Below, in pieces: positions 15,901 to 28,482 of a DNA stretch of 64,000 bases. Every line of letters begins with the position of its first letter. Within the stretch, counting starts at the first letter, position 1. A model generated the notes under the pieces. That model did not search any database, was not told the origin of the DNA, and was given only the letters and a program-made list of their open reading frames with translations. The position numbers and the translations under genes are program-made. Source of the DNA: Podarcis pityusensis (Eukaryota); the NCBI GenBank assembly GCA_964106645.2, contig OZ067052.1. One strand, 5' to 3'.

Positions 15901-16868
15901 TGCATTTTACCTAACCTTGCTAAAAGTAATAATACTACGCTTTTAAAAGTTAATTCCAGTGTTTTATAATAGCAGCTATGCTAATGAAACAATCTGTTTT
16001 GTTATGTTGATAATGTTAAAACATTTTTCTGCTTGAGCAAATCTGGGGGGGGGGGGTTGTTTTGTTAATATTAATAATAACAATAATTTACACCCAATCA
16101 TTTTTTAAGATTATTATGAGCTCTGGTGAACAAATTATGGTTCATATGAGCATCTCTGATGTCCAACTGCATAGCTTCTCAAAATTGTTAATCTGATCCA
16201 TAGCAGATCTTTTAGGTGAAGGAGAGTTCATTTCTCTTGTTTCAATTTGACTTTCTCTCCTTTGCTATTAATGGGGGCTGGTGGAAGAGTTAAACTGGAG
16301 AGAGAAACTTTTTATGTCCAACAGGTACAGATTTATCTGCTGGACCTTTGTGGAAAACCTTCAATAAACCTTAAATAATTAAGGAACAGACAGGAAGCTA
16401 TTAGGCTGCTCCAAAAATTCTGTGCAACTGTGTCCTTCAAGAGCCAGCTACGTTACAAAGTAAACCATAAACTTAGGACCTTAACAAAGGGGGTGGGGAT
16501 ATTCTCTTGTACACTCTGTGAAGAGTGTGCGTGCAGAGAGGGGGAAAGAGAGAATGAGTGTATTTTTGTGTGTGTTTAGAAGGGGTGGCATTTCTTTAGA
16601 ATGAAGGAATTGGGTAACTACAATTTTTGGTGTTCGAGAGACTTTACAGGAGCGGTGCATTAGGATTATGTTCAATTGTGGTTTAAGAAGCTACTGTTCA
16701 AGAAATCGTAATGATAAAGTCCCACACTAAGTCAAGTTCTTTCTTCCCACGAATATTAAGACAACAAAATGGATGGACACTGTCCAACATGTAAACATTT
16801 TGCCTCTTGGCACCGTTGCAAAGGGAAAACCAGGTCAATCATGTTTTTAAAGATACCTGAAAAGAATA

Positions 16869-17085
16869 CTGTGGTACCTAAGGTTAAGAACTTAATTTGT
16901 TCTGGAGGTCCGTTCTTAACCTGAAACTGTTCTTAACCTGAGGTACCACTTTAGCTAATGGGCCTCCCGCTGCTGCCGCTGCGCGATTTCTGTTCTCATC
17001 CTGAAACAAAGTTCTTAACCCAAGGTACTATTTCTGGGTTAGCGGAGTCTGTAACTTGAAGCGTCTGTAACCTGAGGTACCACTG
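16869..17085 (+). mobile_element. Tc1/mariner MITE, family A, copy 2
   Basis: Colinear with 5300-5525, with TIRs and TA flanks. Confidence 0.9.
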
Positions 17086-19344
17086 TACACCTTATTCAGA
17101 CAGATACAGTGCGTAAAAATGGGAATGCACATGTTTACATATTTTGCTTGGCACTTGCAGTTCACTTTCATTCATTTGCATTCTGAATACTCATTGTCAT
17201 AAAATGTTGTCAACTTGGACAAGGTGGTAACAGGTGAAAACAATTACTGTAGGTAACCTATGTGCAACGCCCTTTGTGACAGGGTCAACCTTACATAAAA
17301 TAGTAGAGAATCAATCTATCTATCTATCCATCCATCCATCCATCCCTTGAATGGCTTTATACACTCCAGCAGAAATGGGAAACCAACTGACAGTCCAGAG
17401 GAATAATGCAAACCCCCAAACTGTGGAATGCCACCTTGAAGTGGTGTGTGAGAGGAAAGTCACACTTTCATGTTACACTACCTTGGGATTTTGTATGCAA
17501 TATGCCCTCTTTTGCTCCAGCACACAGTCTTCCATAATCGTGAAGCCCTCACTGCCAGGTGGCACCAGATTTAATGCAAGACCTGATCATGCAACAACCA
17601 AACCACACTTCTGACCTTTGGATCACTATCTGGAGAACTGAATGGCCCTTGAGAACAAATGCTGGCCAACCTTGCTCTACAGAATTGGCTGTCAAAATAT
17701 CCCAGAGAAGGAAGGACATGGACAGGTTTCACTAAAAATTATCTTGTCCACCACTACTGAAGTGTATAGTTGGGTACACTCAATTCTCACGGGGTGACAA
17801 AAGCAAATAAATTGAAAACCACTCCTGCCAAGATGAAAAGCAAACTGGCAAGCTGTGATCCAGTATTCCTCCTCTCAGGCCCCCATTATATTTTAGAATG
17901 CAACAAGGCAACAAAAATGAGAGCTGATTTTCACTAAAATCTACAACTTCATTTTCAGTAGGTTCTCTTCTCCACTCCTGACACTGCTGTTTTAGTGCTG
18001 CTGGGTCCACAAACAGCAAATCCCCTTCTCCTTACTTTCAACACAGAGTGAGTCAGGAAAAATATATAGAGAGAATGACCCTCAGTTTGGCCTTGGGCAG
18101 CCCAGCAGTGTGTTAATTTTCCATGTTCAATAAAACAGCACGTAGACGGCAGCAAAAAATACAGGTGATATTCAAGAATGTGACCTAAAGAATGATCAAA
18201 AGCTGTTGTTCAAGGCTCTCATTTTCAGCAGGCAAAGAATCACAATAACCAACAACAACCACCTCCAAATTATGGCTCAGAGAATTAAGCCCTGTGTTTC
18301 GCAATTCATTTGGTGCCTGCCATATACATGTCAGAAGCCTTTGATCATGTAACAAATGAATCAGTTCTAAACCAAGTAAGAAGATTCAGAATTTCTTCTC
18401 ATATAGAGGGCAGTCCAAACTTCAGCTTAAAATGAGTTACATTGGACAGCTTAAAATGAGCTTAAAATGAGTTACATTAAACTCAGGCAGGTTTAGGCCA
18501 AAGGACCTAGGTTATGCTAACTAGGATGACCACTCAATTAAAGAGTCAATTAATAGGATGAGTTTTAGTTTCCTATGAGCAAACAATAGTTCTGAAACAA
18601 AACTCTTATTTACCTTGTTTTACATGTGAGATTTAGCAGACACTGTTTTAGAAGAGATACCATCGTTTGTGTGTGAGAGAGAAGGGGGTAAGCCCTCTTT
18701 ACAGATGGTGCTTACCACCTATAATTTTTGTAAATACTTGAATTACAAATAATATTTGCTTTTTAAAAGTATATTACCCAGTTATTCAAGGTGATATTTT
18801 TTAGTTGTTCAATGTTTTAAAAAGTAGACTATTCCCTAATCGATTAAACATTGTATTACTATTGCTGATGGAATGAAAGGATTTTTGAATCTAGGAAGTC
18901 CCCTGAAGCAGGCAATGAAAACTGCATTCTTCTCTCTCTCTCTCTCTCTCTCTACATATATATATATATATATTCCAATATACTCCCAATAATAGCCAAA
19001 TTATAACAATATTGATTAATTCCCAAATTATACAATTATCAAAGTGCCAATCAACTTCCAATTAATACATTTTAGTTAAAGTGGCTCCCCGCATGACGGT
19101 TTGGGTGCATTTCCGATCTTATATCACTGTGTTCCATAGTCTTAAGTAACGTTAGTTACATTTCAGTTATAATAATAATCCCCTAGTCAACAGCTACATA
19201 ATTAATGATTTCCATTCGTCATGGTACAATATATAAATTTATAAAGCTTCAAGTGAGGAATTCAAACTATTATCTTTAGTCTGCCCTGTGTGTGAAAACT
19301 GTTATATCCAGGGAGATTCCTTCTGTCCATATATGGACTGCATT

Positions 19345-19487
19345 CATTTCAAGGAGACTGACATGGCATAGGCTTACTTGGACTGGAGGCCCCTTCTTCA
19401 GATGCAGTGAGCGTTACCTTCATGCAACGAAGTGGGTTCTAGTCCGCAAAAGATGCTGCTACAATCAATTCATGGGTCTTTAAAGGA
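19345..19487. mobile_element. Decayed Penelope-like terminal sequences in inverted arrangement
   Basis: GGACTGGAGGCCCCTTC pairs with GAAGTGGGTTCTAGTCC (13/17). Resembles remembered reptile Penelope termini CTGAAGAAGTGGG..GAAAGCTTATG..AGTCTTTAAGG. Confidence 0.5.
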
Positions 19488-21160
19488 GAACCATGGGGAA
19501 CTGACTTTTTGGCAGCTCATATGAAGGGAGACCCCTCAGCAGGCAACTGGAGCCAGGGAGGGAGTGTGGGGAGAAGGCATGAAATATTGTGTCCAGCCCC
19601 TGCTCTCTTAACTGCAGCTCCATTATGTCTGCTCCAGCCCCTAGCAGCATCAGGCCTGCCAGAGGAATCTTTACTATTTTTATGATTCGCCATAAACCTG
19701 CTGAAATAACATACCTCGTTCTTGTAATAAACAGAGACCTTTCATGCAAAATTTAAAAGCTGCTGATCTAATGCCTGTTAACCTGCGAACTGGTCACTCT
19801 TTGGAAGCCCTTCCTTAAGCCTCGCCCATGATTCACCTGCAGCGCACAGAGCTCTGTAAAGGAAAAGGTTGCATCCCACTAAAAGAGGAAAACACAGAGA
19901 TTTGCTTCCTTGCTAGCATTCGCAGAAAACAGAGACATCTGTAAGTTGAACGAGCATTTGGCACCAACAGTGAGGCTGCCCTTGGCTGAATGTTGCAGCG
20001 AGAAGTTCTATAGAATATTCTGGTTAGGGACTGTGACATTGCTTAAGTCAAACTCTGCTGCACCTGCTGGACACTTCAGCACTCGGCAGGGGAGTAAATC
20101 CCGCACAGTCACAATGTAATGGATGGCTTTTGTACCCTCTTGGGGGGGGGGGGGGCGACGACCCAGTAATAAATATTGCCTATAAGGTTGCAATTTAAGA
20201 TTTGAAAGTATGCTGCCAATGGCTTGCAAAATGTCACTTAGAGAGCTAAGCTTAGGTGTTGTGTGCAAACACAGTCTATTTGATCTGAATTGATGACACT
20301 TGGTGGTCACTGATGGAAGGAGGAAGTTGGGCTAGATGGACTTTTGATCTGATCTAGAAGGGCCCTCATTTTTCCAGATGTGCTTCCTGAAAACTAAAGT
20401 ATTCCACTAGGCTGCAAAGAATCTAAGAAGCACCACCAAAATAGCGCCTTCTATTTGCAACAAAATCAAGGGAGGTCAGCCGGGTGTGTCCTCCAAGCAC
20501 CGTTTACTATTATATGGCTCACTTGTAAGGAGCAAGGATACCCTTGTGCTAATTTGATGGCAGGATTGGGACCCCTAAGACGCTTCTAGAGCCAGAAAAG
20601 GTATCCCTTATATCCATCTCCAGGGCTCTGCAAGCATGTGCTAAAGAAAACCCTTAATAATAGCACCTTTAATGCTCAAAAGTAATTGGGCCAAATTGTG
20701 ATGCCATAATACGAAGTCTCTGTTATCTCCAAGCTCCATTCCAGCAATAAAAAAGAGCGCTTACTTCGCCCCAGAGAACAATGTGATTCTATTGATGCTG
20801 TACTTAGGCACGGATGTACCAGCATGCAGACACAGTTTACAGTGCAGCTGCAGTTTCCTTCTGCTTTTGCCATAAGAGGCAAGTCTGAAAGAGTAAGCAT
20901 TGAGATGCCAGGTGCCGTATTAACCTCCGTGTCAACAACCTCCTATTATGGGGCTTAGTCACAAACTGGCCAGGTGAGCCATCTCTTGTCACTTGTGAAG
21001 TGTTATGAAGCAGGGGCCAGATGTTCTAGCCCTTCACAGGTGTATACATTATCCCACTCTGCGCGGGTGGCTTTGATTTTCATTTCCGTATTAGAATATG
21101 TGGTGAGGCTGAGGTAAAGGATGCTGCCAAACCAGCATGCAGTGGGGCAAAGTCAGACAC

Positions 21161-21173
21161 TGTGTGTGTGTGT

Positions 21174-21233
<60 letters not shown>

Positions 21234-21325
21234 TGTAGAGACCTATGAAATTCAAGCTTCCTATTAGAGAGAGAGAGAGAGAGAGAGAGAACTGTAGAGA
21301 CCTATGAAATTCAAGCTTCCTATTA
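21161..21325 (+). repeat. (TG)n(AG)n compound microsatellite plus a duplicated 36-nt unique unit
   Basis: AACTGTAGAGACCTATGAAATTCAAGCTTCCTATTA at 21231-66 and 21290-325, each preceded by (AG)n. Confidence 0.95.
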
Positions 21326-22412
21326 TCTAGTCCCAATGTATGATCCCCCAGTTCAGACTCTGATCAGATCAAAGGTTCGGGTGCTTTAACGCTTCCCTTG
21401 TCCCTACTTTAAATTGCACCCCCACTTTCAATACTAAAGTTGGCTTCAGTGGAGAAGACAAAATATACCAAATCTCTCCCCACCCTGTGAGGCAAGTAAC
21501 AGCTGTGTGTGATCTCAGCTGGAGAAACTGAGTAGCAGAAAAATATTAAGTACCCCTCACCCCCCACCACGTCATTGCTCCAATCAAAATCAGACCACCT
21601 CTCTTTCCCCACCAGCAGCTTAAAAAAAAAAGTTTTAGAAAAACACTGGGAGAGCTGATCACAGTTCTGCTGTGTCACATCTGTTTTGACCCTCAGTGGA
21701 AGACTGTCTGCTTGACACTGGCTTTATTTAGTAGAAAAAGAAGGGGGTTTTCTTACTATGGATTCCTGTTCTCATTGGGTCAGGAAGAAACCCATGACCC
21801 AACTGGGAAGCAGCTGCTCCCAGGGACAGGAAGCAGGGCTCAGTTCCTGCCAACTCTCTTTACAGAAAATGTCCCTCACCCCAATGGGGCTTAGTTGAGC
21901 TTTGGGAAATCTTTCTCCTCCCGATAAACTTTTTGCCTTTTGTTCAGATTTCTCTGCCCTGCTGATATTTCCTCTCCAATACCACAGGGAAAACGGGAAA
22001 ACTTTTTGGCTGAAGAACGCGAGCCCGTCCACTGATTGTTAAAAAGTGTAAATGTATTTCTGTGGTATCACTTTAAAGTCAAGTTGTGCATGCAATTCAA
22101 AAGGGCTCAAGGCAAACACTTTAAACACTGCTTGAGTGTAAATCCTTTGCTGAGTGCCATTAACACCTCTGCCTGTTTTGTATCCAGTCTGACTCTCTGC
22201 AGCTAACATCTCCCTCTATCACATTTTAAACATGCAAGACTCTTTCTACCATTATGGATGGTAGGTGTACAGTTCTCTCCTCTAATGCAATTGTTAACAC
22301 GTTAATGTTATGAGTGTCATCAGAGGCAACACTCAGGCTTATTTCTGGAGAAAACTTGCAGTATTTCTGGAGCCTTCATGACCTATGCTGATAGGTGCAC
22401 ATGGCAGAGTCT

Positions 22413-23394
22413 GGAGTTACAGTTGTGGAAAAATGGGTTAGCTGCGATAGCTCGGTGTCGGAGATGTGGCAAGGACAACGTCTCTCTGAAACACATGGTT
22501 GTACGGTGTTCTTAACAAATTTTGGGAGAAAGTGCTGGACTCTGTAACTATGACTGTGCAGAAAAAGTTAAAGCTTTCAGCTGAGAATATTTTATTGAAC
22601 TATGTATCTGCAGTATGGAAATTATCAACGGGACAATGGAAATGGATTTTCCGTGCCCTAATGGTGGCCAAGAGATTGATATTGAGGACTTAGAATGATA
22701 TCATAGGCCACTAGATGACATCGTAAGGGATCGTCGCCTTAAGAGAGCAAGAAAAATTCTCAGGGATGACTCACACCCCAGCCATTGCCTCTTTAATCTT
22801 CTACCCTCAAGCAGGAGATATAGAAGTATAATCAGCTGTACCAAGATGCTAAAAAATAGCTTCTATCCATGGGTTGTTAGGCTGTTGAACGAAAAATAAC
22901 ATAGCGAAATTGACTTATGAGGTGGTGTGTTGTTTGATAAGGGATTGAGTGTTTTTTTGGGGGGGGGAGGGAGGCTCGTTTAATTTCATTGTACACAGGT
23001 TGTACAATGACAATAAAGGTATTATTATTATTATTATTATTAGAAAAATAAAAATATGATACCCTTCAATCAATGGACTGACAATATGATATCACTGGCA
23101 ATTTATGAACGGACTGCTTACAGGTACAGACTTTGTATGGATAAATATGATAGCATTTGGAGTGAGTTTATACAAAATATAGTAGGCTATTAACATTTAC
23201 ATAAGCACCAGGACAATAACACCATACCAATTTATACAAGAATGTGTGGGAATATTGTATATTGCTTCTTCTTTTCTTTGCATATTTTTGCTTTTATATG
23301 TATCGTTGGTGTTTTTCTCCCTCTCTCCCCCCCCCCGTATCACTTTATTTCTTTTAACTGAAATCACCTTAACAAAATATAAATATTTTTTAAA
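22413..23394 (+). mobile_element. 5'-truncated L1-clade LINE (ORF2 C-terminus plus 3' UTR), interrupted by a Rex1 insertion
   Basis: Decayed CCHC knuckle RCRRCGKDNVSLKHMVVRC, then FWEKV...LMVAKRLIL, resuming after 23040 as KNKNMIPFNQW...KYDSIWSEF. 12-bp TSD ATGGCAGAGTCT at 22401-12 and 23395-406. Confidence 0.85.
22696..23039 (+). mobile_element. Rex1/Babar-type LINE 3' fragment nested in the L1
   Basis: Reads ...ARKILRDDSHPSHCLFNLLPSSRRYRSII...LKNSFYPWVVRLLN*. Has a 3' hairpin CATTGTACA..TGTACAATG, AATAAA and an (ATT)n tail. Flanked by TTAGAA repeats. Confidence 0.8.
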
Positions 23395-26300
23395 ATGGCA
23401 GAGTCTCCCAGAGTGAAGTTTGTGGCTAGGAAAGTTTTCAAGGGCATGAATCTATTTGCAATGTGTAATGGGACTGGGTGGGAGAAGGGAGAGAGTTGGT
23501 GGGTTCTGAACACCAGGGGTTGATTTCTCAAACTAAGAGGTGCTGAAGTCTGCTCGGAATCACACCTGACTTGGAATACCTCCCATTCCTAGGGATGATG
23601 GGAGTTGTAGTCCAAAAACAGCTGGAGACCCAAGTTGGAGAAACCCTGAGCTAGACGTTCTCGAACATCGCCACACAGATTGATGCATGAACAGCAGCAA
23701 AGACAGGAAGCGGGAGCAGGCGTTATTCAACCATTTCTTATCATTTATTGATCCATCAGAAAACTTTCCCCTACAGTCAGAAGAAGGTCACAAGACTATA
23801 AGAATATCAGTTCCATGCCAGCATGCATGGCACCACAGAAGAGGTTTATATATAACTCATTGGAGAACCCTCCTTTACATTCAGGAAGTCCCCAGGTCTG
23901 AACCCAGGAATCATCACACAACGTAGCTGCAAAAGAACTGAGACCATGGCAGGTTGCTGCCAGTCCAAGTGGACAGCCTGGGGTTAGGTGGGCGAATGCT
24001 CTGATTTGGTACAAGGAAGCTACATGTGTTCAACTCCACATAATCCCCATGCTGCTTCAAGAGGAAAGGAGAGGGATCTATGCATGCTGTTGCGAAGAGT
24101 TAGCCACAAGTAAGGAAGGGTCCTACATGCTGATAGATTGCAGCAATCGGGATCAGCAAACGAGACCAACAATAAATCTGTATCTGAAAGCACCGTTGCA
24201 ATGTTGGAAATAATCAAATAAACGGAACAAAGGCCTTTCGCCGTCTCCCTGGCTGGCTCTGTGGGGAAATTAACTGGTCCGCGCAGGGGTTAATGCCAGC
24301 TGATGCCGACTGCCCTAAGCCTGTGCTTTGTTCAGCGGAGCGTTAAATCTGAAAGCTCCAGAGAGGGCCGCGCCGCCGTGCTGCAAGGGCCGGGGTATAG
24401 AGTTCTGCATTAAAAATGCATGTCGCAGGCTTGCCATGGTCCTCGGCTCTGGCTGAAAGGAGTGCTGGCGGGAAAGTATTAGACACCCCACCATCTCCCT
24501 GGCAATTGGAGACATTCCTCAACAAACAGCACCTCGGGAAAGGAATGAAAGGGCAAACAAACCATGAAACAAATCAAAGCGTTCAATTATCTCCCTCCCT
24601 TTCTCTTGGAAAGGAAACTTTTCAGTTTCCAAGCCAGCCAGCTGTTTGGTGCCATATTAAATTTGCTTTACGGGAGGGGACAGGAGAGATTTCCAAGCTG
24701 GAGAGAGGGGGGAGAGCAGAGCAGAGGTGGGAACCCTTTTGTGGAGCAAACTGTACTCCATTATATTATTTCCGCTGCCCCCCTGCTCCACATTTACTCT
24801 CAGATAAGGACCAAAATGTAACCTTAGCGAGACCATCATCCTGCAAATGCAGCAGTCAAACTGCACAGTGAGCAGCATCTAGAGAGAAACAAAGCAGGTA
24901 AGATGATATTGCTGTTGGTGAAATGTTTGCTTGCTATCGGAGCCACAGATCGACTTGTCTACATCTCTATGGGAGCAACAAAGCAATAGTAGGCCTATTT
25001 GGGAAGAGAGAAAAACTGATCACAAGGCTGGGTGGGGGTACAGTTAATACGCATAACATGACACATAAAAACATTGTGGACCTGGGAGCTCAGGCGTAAC
25101 TAATGCAGCATTTACGCTTTAGGAAAAACTTGTTTTAGTATTACGGGCCTCAAAGTAAAACACGTCGGCAGCACAAAAATTCACGCACTATCCAACACTG
25201 GTCCTTAAAAATCTGAGTTTTAAGATTCTGAAGATCTTAAATATAGAAACATTACCACAGTATTTCAGATATTCATATCAACGGAAGGCACACCTGATTA
25301 TGCACAGTGGGGTGGGGATTAGAAATGTTACAGAGGAGACAATTTGAGTACAATCTGCCAGATAAAAAAGAGAAACACGAAGCCTTCTCTCAAACAGGGC
25401 CGCAATCTGAAATTCCCTCTCTGGCTGAATTCTGGGGAAGTCTCCCTGAAACCCACCATGCTGTGTGGCTCCAGACATCCAGATAGAGCCCTCCCTGCCA
25501 CAACTGCCAATCAACTGGGAAGATAGTCAAAGTAGGGTGGGTTTGTTTGCAAGGCATCCTTTAGGGGCCACAAAATCCTACACTGGGGCATAGAAGTCTC
25601 TATTTAGCACCCAAACCTGACACAGGAATTAAAAGATCAAACCTGTCTCAAGAATGTTTATTTGCTGCCTTTCCACTTACCAAACACTCAAGCGGCCAAC
25701 AACAATCAAAACACAGCAAAACAATCAACAATTGTATCAGCTGAAATCCAAGCAGCAAAGGAGCAAATGCAAAGGTTGATAAAAAGTGCAACTGGAAGGA
25801 GAAGCTAAAAGCAGAGGGCCAAATAAACCTCCCATGGGATCAAGCTCTGCAACTAGGGAGAGGCGACAGAAAAGGGCCCTCTCGTAGCTCCAGACCAACT
25901 TGGAACCCAGCCACGTAGGGACACAGAAAAGAGCCTTCCCCTCAGATTTTAGGGAGCAGGAGGGATAACATGGGAGGCCAGTTACATTCCTAAACTCCAC
26001 CCAAGCTTCTCACATGCACTCCAACAATGCCAGGCCCCTTCCAATTTCATGAATTACAAGAAACAAATCCCAGGGAGGAAATAGTATGAATATTTAAGGA
26101 GAAAGCACTAACATACTCCTTCCCAAGAAATCAAAAACACCATCAGGGAAAATAAAAGAAATCCCCAACCCAACTAAGCCGTATACCCCATAGCTTAGAA
26201 AGACACCTGTACTAAAATCCAACTTTTTATATTTTTGCCTGGGGAGAGAGGGGCGCAGAGGGAAGAAAGACACTCATAGAGTCTCCTGTTATTCTCCCTC

Positions 26301-26789
26301 ATTCCCGAGAAATGCCAGCAAGTGCATTTCCAGGACATCACAGCTATGCTGATCATAAATTTGAATTGCTATCTTATTAAGGACTGAAGGCTGCACTGTT
26401 AAGGTGAGGGGAAGAAAGAGACAGAAGTTACGCTATGTGACTGAAGGCACTTCAAGCTAATCAGCTTCTGGCTAGAGGTTTCAGCCTCTCTTCTATTCGG
26501 AGAAGCCCAGGCCCCATTTGGTGCCATATGCTGCTTGGATCACATTCACAGTCGGCAAGGCAGCCTGTCAGAAATAGGCAGAGCATCACGGTGGGCATTT
26601 CCTTCTGCAGACTTGCATTTTATCTCAGAGCACTTTACTCCTAGTTATGCTTATATATTAGGTTTTTAAGGACCTAAATTGGTTTTTAAACTATTGATGA
26701 AATTTTAGGTGCAATGCTGCTTTTAAAAAAAGCCACCTTGTCAGGCCATTCAGCTAGAAAGGTGGACTATAAGAATGACAAAATTAATT

Positions 26790-27008
26790 AGATTTATATC
26801 TCACCTTTCCTCCAAGGAGCTCAAGGTGGCATACATGGGTCCCACACACCCCGTTTTATCCTCAGAGCAATACTGGGAGGTGGGTCAGGCTGAGAGGCAG
26901 TGACTGGCCCATGAGTCACCCAAGGAGCTTCATGGCTTAGTGGGGATTTGAACCCTGGTCTCCCAAGTCCTAGTCCAACACTGGCTCTCAGTCAACTTTA
27001 CAACACTG
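26790..27008 (-). mobile_element. Old MIR/CORE-like SINE, same family as 9664
   Basis: Reverse-complement homology to 9664-9882 (GCTTCATGGCTTAGTGGGGATTTGAACC). Confidence 0.7.
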
Positions 27009-28299
27009 AGGTGAGTGATTACATCATTAACAACACGGCTATAGACAGAGCCACTACAGTATAGCATCCTTCCCCAACCTGGTACTCTCCAGATGTTTTG
27101 GACTGCATCATCCCTGGCCAATAGCCATGCTGTTGGTGAAGACTGTGAGACAAAAGCAGCAAAAATGATGGTAGAGAACCCTGCTTTTTCCCACAGAGCC
27201 AAAGTATCTGTCCCTTTGTTGTCCTACTTAATTTTAATCACAGTGCCCATTTCAGACTCATCAGCAAACAATGGTTTCTTATCACAGATGGGCTTCCAAG
27301 CTCCTTCTTCCCTTCATGCGCTCCAATTCCATTTCTCGCTTCCAAGTCTGCAACAACTAGAGTTTGCCAAGATGTGCAGATTGGGAAAGCCATGTCTAGT
27401 GCAAACTAGCTTGCCTCCAGATCAGTCTGGGAAACCTAGTTTAAACTGCAGTTTCCCATTCTGGACTGTACAAGCCTGAGGTCCACAAACAATGGTCAAA
27501 TGATGATATGGCTGTGATGCCTAACCTGAGCTGGTGCAGCTAAACATTCACCTACAATATCAACTGTAAGGACAAGGCATGTCATGATCAGGGTTCCAGG
27601 GTTGGATTTGGATGACTCACCAGTCTGGGGGGGACGGACTCTCAGCACCCTCTTCTACACAAACAGCAAAAGGGCGTTTGAACATTGTACTGACTTTGAA
27701 GTCCCAACAACTGGGACTTCAAAGTGTGATGTCAGTTGACTGACAGATGTGCAACTTTGTCCATTTATAAAATTTGGTTCACATTCAAATGATAATATTC
27801 TGATCTCACCCAGAGGATAGAAGAAGTTCCCCACCCCAATCTATCTACTTTCTTTAAGTCCCTGTCCCACAGCACCTACATTTTAAGAGACATGTGCAAA
27901 TTCCTAAGGTAAAGTGGCTATTGCATAAATCCCCCCGGAAATTTAAAATATGCACATATAGGTGACAGTGCTACCCAAACAGCTCCTTTTAAAAAACTGC
28001 ATGAACAGTGTGTCAGAGTCCCTAAGAAACTTGCTCCACCATTTCTAATGCACAGGAAGTTTCCCAAAATCACACCTAACATGCTTCAACACAACCTAGA
28101 CCCATTGCGTCTCATTCTTCCACTGAGGCTGGGTAAAACATTCATCCTGGTGGTTAAACACAAATGCAGACTTCCAGAAAACTGCAATATGGCTCATACA
28201 CAATGCAGGGCTGAATGGCCATCTTCTCAAGCCTTGGACCTTGCACATACAGGGCCATGTCTCCAACATGCAGGTCTGAACCAGTCCTCAAAGGAACAA

Positions 28300-28482
28300 A
28301 GGGAGCTATTTGCCTATCTACTCCAATACTGTCTACTCTGATAGCATCTTTCCAGGGTCTTGGACAGAGTTAACAGGACTTTTCCCAGCACCCTGACCCT
28401 TTTTAAAACTAGAGGTGCTGGGGACTTGACCTGGGATCTTCTACATGCAAAAGCAGGGGCTCTCTCACTGAGCTGGGGTTCC
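28300..28482 (-). mobile_element. tRNA-derived SINE, same family as 45925
   Basis: Reverse-complement homology (ACTGTCTACTCTGA..TTCCAGGGTCT; GACCTGGGATCTTCTACATGCAAA..CACTGAGCT). Confidence 0.6.
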
